Assembly: GCF_009914755.1 (NCBI RefSeq)
Contig: NC_060947.1
DNA length: 64,000 bases
Origin: the human T2T-CHM13v2.0 reference genome, Homo sapiens
Strand: one strand, 5' to 3'
Numbering within the stretch: the first letter of the stretch is position 1; each line of letters begins with the position of its first letter. The position numbers and the translations under genes were made by a program. Below, piece by piece: positions 1 through 14,226 of the stretch. A model generated the notes under the pieces. The model made no database searches. It was not told the DNA's origin and saw only the letters and a program-made list of their open reading frames with translations.

Positions 1-3000
1 TAAGAATAATTAGAAAAAAGTGTGGAGCAAGATGGCAGAATAGAAGGCACTATCAATTGTTTCCCCAACAATGACACCTATTTAACAACTATCTACACAA
101 AAAAGCACGTTTGTAAGACGCAAAAATCATGTGAGTACTCACAGTACTTGATTTTATCTTTATATTCCTGAAAAAGAGACTGAAGAGGTGGGAAAAACAG
201 TCTTGAATCACTGACGCCACTTCTCATCCCCCAGCAGTAGCAGCATGGTGCAGAGAACATTTCTGTGTGCTGGGGGAGGAAGAGCCAGCAATTGTGTGGC
301 AATGAACTCGGTGATGCCCTTGTTATAACAGAAAGGAAAAACCAGACAAAACTCACCTGACACCTGTCTAAGGAGAGAGCATTTGAACTAGACCTAGCCA
401 GATGGGAATTGCCTATCTCGATGGTCAGAACTTGAGTTCCCACAACCCTCACCACTGAGGGATAAAGTGCTCTGAAGCCCTAATAAACTTGAAAGGCAGT
501 CTAGGCCACAAGGACTGCAACACTCACATAAGTCGTAGTGCTGAACTGGTCCTAGAGACAATGGACTGAGGGGCGTGCAATCTAATGAGACATCAGCCGG
601 GGCAGCTCAGAAAGTGCTGGTATTACCCGTCTCCTAACACCAGGCTGCAGAGCGGGTGGCTCCAAAAGTGAACCCTTCCCTCTGCGTGAGGAGAGGAAAT
701 GGAAGAGTGGGGAAAACTTTGTCTTGCATCTTGGATATCAGCTTCAACACAGCAGGATAGGGCATCAATCAGTGTCATGAAGTCCACTTTCCAGGACCTA
801 GCTTCCAGATGACATTTCTAGACACACTCGATGGAAGGAGAAGTTGCTGCCTTAAAGGGAAGGACCGAGTCCTGGTAAGATTTATCATCTGCTAACTGAG
901 GAGCCATTTGGAACTGAATAATCACCAGTGACATGCAGGAAATAGATTAAGGGACTTGGGCAAGACTCTGAGACTTGCTGGCTTCAGGTGATACCCAGCA
1001 CACTCCCAGCTGTAGTGGTTATGGGGTAAGACTCCTTCTGCCTGAGAAAAGGAAAGGAAAAAGTAAAGCGTACTTTGTCTTTCACCTTAGGTACCAGTGC
1101 AGTCACAAAAGTGTAGAGCACCAATGAGGCTCTTTTGTTCCTTTATTCCAGGATTGGGCTCTTGAATGGCATTTCTGGATCTGCCCTGGGCCAAAGAAGA
1201 TCGCAGCGCTCTGAAGAGTGAGTCCCTCTTCAGGCAGCATTCAACACAATCTGACTAAAGAGCCTTTAGGCCTTGAGGGGATATCAGTGGTAGTTTGGCA
1301 CTATTCCCCATGGGACTGAGTTGGTGGTGGCCACCTGGTGAGGCTCCTCTGCTTTTAGAAATGGTAGAAAAAGTGGAAAGTACTATGTCTTGTGGTTTGA
1401 GTGTCAACCCTACTAAAGTATAATAAAACATCAGGTAGATTTATAGTTTTTTACTCTAGTTATTGGCTATTGGATGGCATCTCTGGACCCCTGCAGAGCC
1501 AGCGGGAGCTTACCACTCTGAAAGGAGAAACAGGACCAGCTGGCTTTGCCATCTACTGATTGTACTGCACCAGGGCTTTGAGCAAACATAGGCAGTAACC
1601 AGGGAGTTTTGACAGACCTTGGGCAAGACCTAGTGCTGTGCTGGCTTTGGGTCTCACCCAGTGTAGTCCTAAAGGTCGTGGTCACAGTGGTGCTTGTGTC
1701 ACTCTACACTCAGTTCCAGGTGATTCAAACTAGAGAGAGAGATACTTCATTTGTTTGGGAGAAACTAAGAAGAAAGGACAAGAGTCTCTGCTTTTTAATC
1801 CAGATAATTCTCAGAGATCTTATCGAAGACCATCAAGGCAGTACCTCTAGGCAACTTCAAGAACCACAGCATTTACAGGGCTTGGTATCCACCCTAAAGC
1901 AGATACAGCTTAGATCACAATACCCAAGTTGTCTTGAATATATGAAAAGCCTTCCCAAGAAGGATGGCTACAAACAAGCCCAGCCTATGGAGACTACAAT
2001 AAATACACCAATGAACATCTACAAGTATCAAAACCATCAAGGAAAACATGACCTCACCAAATGAACTAAACAAGACACCAGGGACCAATCCTGTAGAAAC
2101 AGAGGTATGTGAATATATGACCTTTCAGACAAAGAGTTCAAGATATCTGTTTTCAGGAAATCCCCCAAAATTCAAGATAACACAGAGAAGGAATTTGGAA
2201 TTCTAGGATATATATTTAATAAAGATACTGAAATAATCAAAAGAATCAAACAGAAATTCTGAAGTTGAAAAATGCAATTGGCATACTGAAGAATGCACCA
2301 AACTCTTTTGATAGCAGAATTAAGCAGAAGAATGATTTAGTGAGCATGAAGACATGTTACTTAAAAATACAGGCAAAAGAAAAAAATATATAAGAAAATG
2401 AAGCATGACAACAAGATCTAGAAAACAGCTTCAAAAGGGAAAACTTTAGAGTTATTGTCTGGAAAAAGGAAGTATAGAAAGAGATAGGGAAGAACATGTA
2501 TTCAAAGGGATAGTAACAGAGAATGTCCCAAACAAAGAGAAAGATATCAATATCCAAGTACAAGAAGTTTATAGAACACCAAGCAGATTTAACTGAAAGA
2601 CTACCTCAAGGCATTTAATAATCAAATTCCCAATGAAGAATGGATCCCAAAAACAGCAAGAAAAAAGAAGCAAATAAAATAAAATGGAGCTTCAATACAT
2701 CTGGCAGCAGACTTTCCAGTGGAAACCTTACAGGCCAAAGGAGAGTAGTATGACATATTTAAAGTGCTAAAGGAATAAAACTTTTAACCTAGAATAGTAT
2801 ATTCAATGAAAACAACCTTCAAGCATAAAGGATAAATACTTTCCCAAACAAAAGTTGAGAAATTTCATCAACACCAGACCTGTCCTAACGGAAATGTTAA
2901 AGGGAATACCTCAATCAGAAAGAAAAGGACATTAATGAGCAATAAGATATCATCTGAAAGTTCAATTCACTGGTAATAGTACATACACAGAAAAATATTG

Positions 3001-3409
3001 TAACTGTGGTGTGTAAATTACTCTTACTTTAAATAGAATGACTAAATAATCAAGGAATAATAATAACTAAAATAACTTTTAAAGACAGACAGTACAATAA
3101 GATATAAATAGAAACAACAAAATGTTAAAAAGCAGCAAGATAAAGTTAATGCATAGAGTTTTCATTAGTTTTTGTGTGTTCGTTTGTTTATGCAAACAGT
3201 GTTACATTGCTACCAGTTTAAATAAAATGGATTATAATATACTATTTGCAAACTTCATGGTAAACTGAAACCAAAAATCATACACAAAAATGTAAAAATC
3301 AAGACACTAAATCATATAACCAGAGAGAAATACCTTTACTAAAAGAAAGATGGGAAAAAAAGAATGAAGGAAGAGAAGACAACAAAACAACCAGAAAACA
3401 AGTACTAAA

Positions 3410-6400
3410 ATGACAGAAGTAAGTTCTTACTCATCAATATTAACATTTAATGTGAATAGACCAGCCTCTCCAATCATAGACTAACCTCTCCCATCAAAAG
3501 ACATAAGATTGCTAAATGGAAAAAAAAAGACCCATACATGTGGGTCTTTAAAGATTCACATAGACTGAAAACAAAGGGATAAAAACAGATATTCCATGCC
3601 AATGGAAACAGGAGAAGAGAAGGAGTAGTTATACTTTTATCAGACAAAATATATTTTATGACAAAAACTATAACAAGAGACGAATAAGGTCACTATATGA
3701 TGATAAAGGGTACATTGTGCAAAAGGATATAACAACTTTAAATATATATGCACCCAACACCGAAGCACCAAGAGATATAAAGAAACTGTTGTTAGATTTA
3801 AAGAGAGACATAAACTCCAATGCAATAATAGCTGCAGACAATAACACTCCACTTTAAGCATTAGACAAATCTTTCAGACAGAAAATCAACAAAGAAACAT
3901 GAAACTTAATCTGTGCTGCAGATCAAATGGATCTAATAGATATTTACAAAACATTTCATCCAATGGCTGCAGGACACACATTCTTTTCCTCAGCACATGA
4001 ATTGTCCTCAAGCATAGACCATATGTTAGGTCACAAAATAAGACTTCAAACATTCAAAAAACTTAAAATATTATCATACCTCTTCTCTGACTACAATGGA
4101 ATAAAACTAGAAATTAATAACAAGAAGAATTCTCAAAACTATACAAATACATGGAAATTAAGCAATATGCTCCTTAAATGACCAGAGGATCAATGAACAG
4201 ATTAAGAAGGACATGGAAAAATTTCTAGAAACAAATGACAATGAACATATAACATACCAAAACATATGGGATGCAGCTAAAGCAGTACTAAGAGGGAATC
4301 TTATAGCTATAAGTACCTATATCAAAAAAGAGGGTAAGCTTTGATTAAACAACCTAACAACGCATCTTAAAGAACTAAAAAAGCAAGAGCAAACCAAACC
4401 CAAAATAGTGAAGAGAAAAAATAATAAAGATCACAGCAGAAATAAATGAAATTGAAATAAAGAAAAAAGATGAATAAAAATGTTGTTTTTAATTGAAGAG
4501 TTAAACAAAACTGATGAACTTTTACCCAGACTAAAAAAAAGAGAGAAGACCCAAATAAATCAAATCACAGATTAAAAAACATTACAACTGAAATCACAGA
4601 AATTCAAAGGATTATTGATGTACGCTATGAGCAATGATATGCCAATAAATAGGAAGATTTAGAAGAAATGTACATATTACTAGATACACGCAAGCTTCCA
4701 AGATCGAACTATGAAGAAATTTAAAACCTGACTAGACCAATAACAGGTAACAAGATTGAAGCTGTAATAAAAACTCTCAAAAATAAAAAATAAAAAAATC
4801 CCGGGACCTGATGGTGTCACTGCTGAATTCCACAAATACTTAAAGAAGAACTAGTACTAATCCTATACAAACCATTCCAAAAAAATAGATGAAGAGAGAA
4901 TACTTCTAAACTCATTCTATGAGGCCACTATTACCCAGTTACCAAAACCGGAAAGAGACACATCCAAAAAAGAGAAAACAACAGGCCAATATTTCTGATG
5001 AATATTAACAGAAAAATCCTCCAAAAAATACCAGTAAATAGAATTCAACAATACATTCAAAAGATTATTCATCAGGACAGGCTGGGCACGGTGGCTCACA
5101 CCTGTAATCCCTGCACTTTCGGTGGCTGAGGTGGGTGGATCATGAGGTCAGCAGTTTGAGACTAGCCTGGCCAACATAGTGAAACCCCATCTCTACCAAA
5201 AAAAGTACAAAAATTAGCTGGGCGTGGTGGCACGTGCCTGTAGTCCCAGCAACTTGGGAGGCTGAGGTGGGGGCGAATCACTTGAACCCGGGAGGGGGAG
5301 GTTGCAGTGAGCCAAGACCACGCCATCTGCACTCCAGCCTGGGTGACAGAGTGAGACTCCATTTCAAAAAAAAAAAAAAAAAGAAAAAAGAAAAAATTCA
5401 TTATGACAGAGTAGGATCTGTCCCTGGATGCAAGATGATTCAATATATGCAAATCAATATATAATACATCATCTAAACAAATGAAGGACAAAAACTATAC
5501 GATCATTTCAATTAATGTTGAAAAGGCATTTGACAAAAGTCAATATTTCTTGATAATAAAAACCACAAAAAGCTGGGTATAGAAGTGACATACCTCAAAA
5601 TAATAAAAGCTGTATATGACAGACCCACAGCTTGTATCACACTGGATGGGAGGGGAAGCTGAAACCGTTCCTCTAATATCTTGAGTATGACAAGGGTGCC
5701 CAGTTTCACCACTGTTATTCAACTTAATACTGGAAGTCCCAGGTAGATCAATCAGAAAACAGAAATAAATAAAGGACATTGAAATTGAAAAGAAAGAAGT
5801 AAAATTATTTTTGTTTACAGATGATATAATTTTATATTTTGGAAAACTTAAAAGACTCCACAAAAATTATTGGAAGTGCCAAATACTTTCAGTAAAATTG
5901 TAAGATACAATATCAACATTCAAAAATCAGTAGCATTTCCATATGACAACAGTGAACAATTTGAAGAAGAAATAAAAAATTAATTTTATGTACAATAGCA
6001 ATAAATAAGATCAAATACCTAGAAATCAACTTAGCCAAAGAAGTGAAAGATCTCTAAAATGAAAACTATGAAACACTGTTGAAAGTATTTGAAGAGGAAA
6101 CATAAAAGGAAAGATATTCCATGTTCAAGGATTGTAAGAATCAATATTGTTAAAATGTCTATACTACCCAGAGCAAGCTACAAATTCAAAGCAATTTCTA
6201 TTAAAATACCAGTGATATTCTTCACAGAAATAGAAAACACTACCCTAAAATTTACGTGGAAGAACAAAAGACCTAGAACAGCCAAAGCTCTCCTAAGCAA
6301 ATTGAACAAAACTGGAGGAATCACATTACCTGACTTCACATGATACTACAGAGCTATAGTAAGCAAAACAGCATGGTACTGGCATAAAAAGAGAAACATA

Positions 6401-7488
6401 GAACCATAGAACAGAATAGAGAACCCAAAAGCAAATCCACACCCCTACAGTGAACTCACTTTTGACAAAGGTGCCAAGAAAATACACTCGGGGAAAGAGA
6501 GCCTCTTCAATAAATGGTACTGGACAAACTGGATATTTATGTGCACAAGAATGAAACTGGACTCCTATCTCACACTATATACAAAAATTAAATCAAATTG
6601 AATTAAAGCATTAAACCTAATATTGAAAACTATGAAACTACTACAAAAACTTTTCTGAAAAGTCTCCAAAACATTAGTCTGGACAAAGATTTTTTGAGTA
6701 ATACCCTACAAGCTTAGGCAACAAAAGCAGCAATGGAAAAATAAGATCCCATCAATTTAAAAAACTTCTGCACAGCCAAGCAAAGAATCAACAAAGTGAA
6801 GAGACAACCCACACAATAGAAGATAAAATATTCTCAACCTAACCATATGACAATAAATTAATATCTAGAATATATAAGAAGCTCAAACAACTTTATATGA
6901 ATTAATCTAATAATCTGGTTTAAAAATTTCCAGAACATTTGAATTGACATTTCTTAAAAGAAGACATACAAAGGGCAAACAAACATATGAAATGGTGCAT
7001 AACATCATCAATCAGCAGATAAATTCAAATCAAAGCTACAATGAGATATTATTTCACCCCAGTTACAATGGCTTATATCCAAAAGATAGGCAATAACAAA
7101 TGCTGTCAAAGATGTGGAGAATAGGTAACCCTTGTACACTGTAGAAATGTACATTAGTGCAACCTCTATGGAGAACACTTTAGAAGGTCCTCCAAAAACT
7201 AAAAATAGAGCTACAATAAGATCCAGCAATCCAACTGCTGAGGATACTTCCAAAAGAAGGAAAATTAGTATATGGAAGAGATATCTGCACTTCCATGTTT
7301 GTTGCAGCTCTGTTCACAAGAGCCAGGATTTGGAAGCAACCTAAGTGTCCATGAACAGATGAATGGATAAAGAAAATGTGGCACTTACACACAATAAAGT
7401 ACTATTCAGCTATAAAAAAGAATGAAATTCAGTCATTCACAACAACATAGAGGGAACTGGAGATTATTATGTTTAGTGAAATAAGCAA
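3410..7488 (+). pseudogene. Degenerate L1 ORF2 (endonuclease/RT)
   Basis: Fragments such as DLIDIYKTFHP..FFSSAH..IDH..SDY and [11 protein letters not shown], broken by many stops and frameshifts. Confidence 0.88.
5080..5396 (+). mobile_element. AluS (Sg/Sc-like)
   Basis: Dimeric Alu with A-tail. Degenerate TSD ATTCATCAGGACA (5067-5079) / ATTCATTATGACA (5396-5408). Confidence 0.95.
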
Positions 7489-7494
7489 CATAAA

Positions 7495-10400
7495 TAAATT
7501 ATAAAACAGTTCAGGATATGAACGAAAAATTTATGAGGAGATTGGTATTTTAAAGAAAAGCCAGTCAGAACTTCTGGAGATGAAAGACCTATTCTGGGCA
7601 TTACACAATGCAGTCTCAAGTTTTAACAATAGACAAGACCAAGGTAAAAAAAGAATTTCAGATCTTGAAGAGAAGGTTTCCAAACTAACCCTATCAGACA
7701 AAAACAAACAAATAAGAATCAAAAGAAATGAACAAAATTTCAAAGACATATAGGATTACGTAAAATAGCCAAACCTGAGAATCATTAGTGTTTTTGAAGG
7801 AGAAGAGAAAGAAAAAAAAATTGAATACCTTATTTAAGGCAATAATTGAGGAAAACTTCCCTGGATTTGCTAAAGGTTTAGATATCCAAATACAAGGGAT
7901 TCAAAGAACTCCTGGGAGATTCATTGCAAAAAGGACATCAACAAGGCATATAGTAACCAGGATGGACTCAAAGAACTCCGGGGAGATTCATTGCAAAAAG
8001 GACATCAACAAGGCATATAGTAACCAGGATATCTAAAACCAACGTGAAGGACTGAATTCTAAGAGCAGTGAGACAAAAGCATCAGGTAACCTACAGATAA
8101 AAACCTATCAGACAAACACAGACTTCTCAGCAGAAACCTTAGAAGCCAGAGGTTATCGGCATTCTATCTTTAGCCTCTTTAAACACAAATAGCTACCAGT
8201 CAAAAATTTTGTATCTAGATAAACTAAGTTTCATCAATGAAGAAGAAAAAAGTCATTTCCAGACAAGCAAATCCTGAGAGAATTTGTCAATACCAGAACA
8301 ATCCTTCAATAAATGTTGAAAGGACTTCTAAATTTTGAAACAAAATGTTGATATACATAGAAACTCTTGAATACACAAAGCTCACAGAGCCTATAAATCA
8401 GTAACACAATGAGGAAAATAAAGCATCTAGGTAATAGTTAATATGATAACTGTAATAGTACCTCACATCTCAAGAAACAGATTGTCAGAGTGGATAAAAA
8501 TATCCCAAAATAAGTACCTGTTGTCTCCATGAGATTCATTTAACATGTAAGATTCTTATAGAGTCAAAGTGAAGGAACAGAAAATGATATTCCAGGCAAA
8601 TGGAAACCAAAAGTGAGAAAGAGTAGCCATTCTTATATCAGATAAAACAGACTTTAAAGCAACAACAATAAAAAAAGACAAAGAAGGTTATTATATAATA
8701 ATAAGATGAGCAATTTAACATAAAGATATTACAATCTTAAATATATATTCACCTAATTCTGGAGTTTCCAGATTTAAAAAATAATTAGTACTAGATTTAA
8801 GAAATGAGACAGACAGCAATGCAATAATAGTGGAGGACTTCAATGCTCCACTGACAGCACTGGACAGATTATTGAGGCAGAAGGTCAGCAAAGAAACAAT
8901 GGACTTAAACTAAATGGGCCTAACATGTTTACACAACATTCTTCTAAGGAATTGCAGAATATATATTTTTATCGTCAGCACATGCAACATTCTCCAAGAC
9001 TAATCATATGGTAGGCCACAAAACAAGACTCAATAAATTTAAAACTATCAAAATTATATCAAATATCTCCTCAGACCACAATGGAGTAAAACTAGAAATC
9101 AACTTTATAAAAAAAGCTTCTAAATTATGCGAATACATTAAAATTAAAATATATGTTCCTGAATGGTTTTGATGTTAACAATGAAGTCAGGATGGAAATT
9201 AAAAGATTCTTTGAAAGGAATGATAATGATAATAGTGACATAAGTTATCTCCTTTGAGATACAGCAATAGCGGTGCTAAGAGGAAATTTTATAGTGCTAA
9301 ATGCCTATGCCAAAAAGCCCGAAAGATAAAAAATTGACAACTTAATTTCACATCTTATAGAAAGAGAAACATGAACAAACAAAGCTAGCAAAATAAAAGA
9401 AATACAAAAATCAGAGCAGAACTAAATAAAATTAAAACAAAAATATGAAAATTAATGAAATGAAAAGTTTGTTCTTGGAAAAGTTAAACACAATTAATAG
9501 ACCATCAGCTAGATGCAACAAGAAGACAGAAGATTCAAATAATCTCAGTTAGAAATAAAAATAGAGACGTTACAACTGACACCACAGAAATAGAAAAGGT
9601 TATTCGAGTCTACTATGAAAACCTCTATGCACACATACTAGGAAATCTAGAAGAAATGAATAAATTCATATAAACATACAACCCTCCTAGAATGCATCAG
9701 GAAGAAATATAAATCTTGAATAGACAAACAACAAGTAGCAAGATCAAATCAATAATAATAAAAAAATGCCAACAACAAAAAAAGCCCACAGGCAGATGGA
9801 TTCACAGCTGAATTGTACCAGATATTTAAAGAAGAATTGGTACAAATCTTACTGAAACCATTCCAAAACATTGAGAAAGATGTATTCTTCCCAAACTAAT
9901 TCTTTGAAGCCAGTATCACTCTGATACCAAAATCAGGAAAGGATATAATGAAAAAAGAAAACTACAGACCAATACCCTAATGAACATAGAGGCAAAAATT
10001 CTCAATAAAATAGTAGCTAACTGAATCCAAAAGCACATCAAAAAAACTAACACACCTTGATCAAGTGGGTTTCATCCCAGAGATGGAGGGGTAGTTTAAC
10101 ATATATAAGTCAATGAAAATGATACTTCACATAACCAGAATTATAAACAAAAAACGTATGATCATCTCAATAGGTGCAGAAAGAGCATTCGATAAAATCC
10201 AACATTTTTTATAATAAACACCCTCAACAAAATAGGCGTAAAGGGGGCACACCTCAAAATATTAAAAGCCATATATGACAAACTCACAGCTAACATCATA
10301 CTGAATGGGGTAAAGTTAAAAGGATTCCCCTTGTGAACTGGAAAAAGACAAGGATGTCCTCTTTCACCATTTCTATTCAGCATAGTACTGGAAGTCCTAG

Positions 10401-12425
10401 CCAGAGCAATCAGGCAAGAGAAAGAAATAAAGGGCATCCAGATTGGAAAAGAGGGAATCAAGCTACCACTGTTTGCTGATAATTGTATACCTAGAAACCC
10501 ATAGAAATTCCCCCAAAAGACTCCTAGATTACATAAACGAATTCAGGAAAGTCTCAGAATACAAAATCAATGTACCTAAATCAGTAGTACTACTATACAC
10601 CAACAATGACCAGGGTGAGAATCAAGTCAATAACTCAATCCTTGTTACAATAGCTGCAAAAAATAAATAAATAATAACCTAGGAATATATGTAACCAAGG
10701 AGGTGAAAGATCTCTACAAGGAGAACTGCAAAACTCTGCTGAAAGAAATTATAGATGACACAAACAAATACGAACACATCTCATGCTTGTTAATTGAAAT
10801 AATCAATATCATGAAAATGACTATACTAAACAAAGCAATTTATAGATTCAATACACTTCCTATTAAAACACTGACATCATTTTTCACAGAATTAGAAAAA
10901 AAAATTCCCCAAATTCTAATGGAACCAAAAAAGGGCGTGAATAATGAAACCAATCTTAAGCAAAAAAACAAATTTGGAGGTATCACAAAACCTGATTTCA
11001 AATTACACTACAAGGCTACAGTTACAAAGCCAGCATTTTACTGGTATAAAAGGAGATGCATAGACCAATAAAACAGAACAGAGAACCCATAAATAAACCC
11101 AAACACTCACTACCAACTGTTCTTAGATACAGCATAGAAAAACATAAATTGGGGAAATGACACCTTATTATACAAATGGTGCTGGGAAAACTGGATAGCC
11201 ACATGTAGAAGAATGAAAATGGATCATTATCTCTCACCTTATAAAATAATTACCTCAAGATTGATTAAATACTTAAATATAAGAGGTGAAACTATATAAA
11301 TTCTAGAAGACAACTTTGGAAAAATTCTTTTAGACATCAGCCTAGGCATAGAATTTATGATGAAGACCCCAAAAGCAAATGCAACAAAAAACAAAAATGA
11401 ATGAATGGTACCTAATTTAACTAAAAAGCTTGTGCATAACAAAAGAAAAATCATCAGAGTAAACAGACAACTCAAATAATGGGATAAAATATTTGCAAAC
11501 TATGCATCTGACAAAGGACTAATATCCGGAATCTACAAAAGACTCAGAAAAAAAATCACATGAGGAGGTTGGCAAATGATATGAATAGACATTTCTCAAA
11601 AAAAGATATATAAATGGGTAATGAATATATTAAAAAATTGCTCAACATCACTAATCATCAGGGAAATGCAAATTAAAACCACAATGAGATACCGCCTTAC
11701 CCTAGCCAGAATGGCCACTATTAAAAAGTCAAAAAACAATAGATGTTGGAGTGGACGTGGTGAAAAGAGAATGCTTATAAACTGCTTGTGGGAATGTAAA
11801 TTAGTACAACCTCTATGGAAAACAGTATGGAGAGTTCTTAAAGAACTAAAAGTTGATCTACCATTCAATCCAGCAATCTCACTACCGGATCTCTACCCAA
11901 AGGAATAGAAGTCATTATAGCAAAAAGACACCTGCATGCATATGTTTATTGCAACAAAATTCACAATTGCAGATATATAACCAACATAAGTTCCCATTGA
12001 CCGATAAGTAGATAAAGAAAATATTATATATATGCACACACACACACACCATGGAATACTATTTAGCCATTAAAAGGAATGAAATAATATCTTTTGCAGT
12101 AACTTGGATGGAACTGAAGGCCATTGTCCTTAGTGAGGTAATCAGGAATGGAAAACCAAATACTTTATGTTCTCTCTTATAAGTGGGAGCTAAGCTGTGC
12201 ATACACAAAGACATAGAGTGGTATAATGAACTTCGGAGACTCAGGTGTGGGGAGGAAGGAGAGGGTGAGGGATGAAAACCTCATATTGGATACAATGTAC
12301 ACTACTCAGATGATGGGTGCAGTAAAATCTCAGACTTTATCACCATACAATTCATTCATGTAACCAAAAACCACTTGTACCCCATAAGGTATTGAAATAA
12401 AAAAAATCAAAAATTTAAAAAGAAA
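7495..12425 (+). mobile_element. L1PB-type LINE-1, 5' truncated in ORF1
   Basis: ORF1 remnant (IIEENFPG, 7788-8036) and ORF2 remnants (10703-11071, 11621-11908). L1PB-like 3' UTR ending ...CCACTTGTACCCC...GAAATAAAAAAA. Confidence 0.88.
7897..8030. repeat. 67-bp tandem duplication
   Basis: 7897-7963 and 7964-8030 differ at 2 positions. Confidence 0.95.
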
Positions 12426-13599
12426 GGAAATAATGAAGATAAAGACAGTATGCTGAGAAAAAAATGTAATAGAAAGTTTCCACAGAACTAACATGGCAGA
12501 TTATCTTATTAGACACATGTAGGACACCCTACTTTATCCCACAGTAACCCGTTACAATCAAGTGCTCTGTGCACAAACATTTTTATTGTATATAACCTAA
12601 ATTGCTCATAGAAGTTGTGTTCATTTATTTTTCTTTGGTCTTAACGGAGAATTTAACACTCGAAATATGCGGCCACTAAAGAAATTGCTGTTTTCCTTGT
12701 TACTTTAATCATTCATATTATTGATTTATAAGCCAACAAAGCTATTTCCTTGCTAAAGGCATCAAATATGCTTCCTTTATGCAAAGTGACGCAGATAGTG
12801 TATCCCATTGTTATTATAGGAAGAAAAATCGACTCCAAATATTTCTAACATTTTTTATTATTACTATAGATGAGCCTTCCTGATTGTTATTTACATCCTC
12901 TAATGTAATGATACCTACTATCAAAATTTTGGGCTAAATTGCATTTGGTTTGCAATGCTTAATGGTGTTAACGTCAGTTCTGAGGTTAAAAACCACATGC
13001 TGTAAATGAAAACTTTTTTTTCAAAAACAGAATAAAGCTTAAAAAGAAAGCTTCAATTGCAAAGACACTTTCATTGACAAAGAATGCTAATTATTCTACC
13101 AGAAATATAGGTAGAATAATACTTATTTTGTGGTTTCAGACTTCAGCACCACAACCTCATAGTTACATATGATATATGATACATGATGATCAAGAACGTA
13201 ACATTTTCTGTTAAAAAATGTATTCATTACCAGCACACTTATACAGAACACTGGTATCTATTTTATGTTTTCTATGTTTTAGCAGTGTGCGCTGTATCTT
13301 GTATCAAATGAGGTAATCTCAAAGTGCCTCTAACAGAAATATCACATCATGTGAACCACATAAAATGGTAATACAATTGCACTGACTAGGTTAGTTAAAA
13401 AATGGTTTTAAAACATCCTGTCAAAAATCCTGTATAAAAAATTACAAATTACAAAAAATATAAATAAGATTAAAATTACAAATAACATAATATAAAATTA
13501 CAAATAATTTAATATTGTAAATAATATAAATAAATTTAAATGAGTTGGACTTTAATTTTCCCAACCCTTAAATTAAGTATCTTGTTTCCAAGATGTATA

Positions 13600-14226
13600 A
13601 ATACGGAAAGGGGAGGAGAAGTAACTTTCCATTGGAGAAACCTGGCATGCACTATCTCAGGCAGGTGATTAAGATCAACAAAAAGAGTGGTAAGTTATAC
13701 TGGTAATATGTACCCTTGATAAAATGTGATGAAAGTGGCACTTTACCTCTGTGGTCTTCCTTCCCACAACCCATAACTTCAGTCTAACCACGAGGAAAAA
13801 AAAAATGTATATATATGAGACAAACTGAAACTGAGGAATGTTCTACAAAATACCTAAGCGGGTATTTTCAAAATTGTAAAAATTATTACAAACAAGCCTA
13901 AGAATCTGTCATAGCACAGAGGTGCCTAAGGAGATTTGAGAAATAAATGTAACATAATATTCTGGATAAGGTGCTAGAACAGAAAATGAATATTAAGAAA
14001 AAACTGAGAAAATCTGAAGAAAGTTTGTATTTTAGTTAATAAAAACATCATTTTTTATTAACTGACATTTTTAGTAATAAAAAGGTTCATATTGGCTCAT
14101 TAAGTGTGACAAACCAACATAATTTAACATGCTAACAATAGAGGGAGCTTGTTGTGGGGTATCTGGGAATTCTCTGTGCTGTCTTCACAACTTTTTTGTA
14201 AAATGTAAGCTATTTTAAAGTTAAAA
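13600..14226 (+). mobile_element. L1MC-type 3' UTR fragment
   Basis: Matches recalled L1MC3/4 3' end (GGAGAAACCTGGC...CACTTTACCTCTGTGGTCTTCC...CCTAAGGAGA). Confidence 0.75.

Larger units (their letters stand above)
20..7488 (+). mobile_element. Old LINE-1 (L1MA1-3/L1M1-like), near full length, 3' UTR missing
   Basis: L1-type start GGAGCAAGATGGCAGAATAG and a ~2 kb 5' UTR. Decayed ORF1 (~2030-2935) and a long inter-ORF spacer. ORF2 remnant from ATG 3410 (MTEVSSYSSILTFNVN); track fragments 3927-4181 (EN) and 6089-6343. Confidence 0.9.

Noticed and set aside
1609-2064. 151-aa ORF in the old L1 5' UTR
   Set aside because: Non-ATG start, no recognisable domain, and the homologous region of the sister L1 (~42.5 kb) has no matching ORF in the track
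5162-5491. Alu-derived ORFs (also 47095-47307, 47795-47998)
   Set aside because: Typical spurious Alu translations
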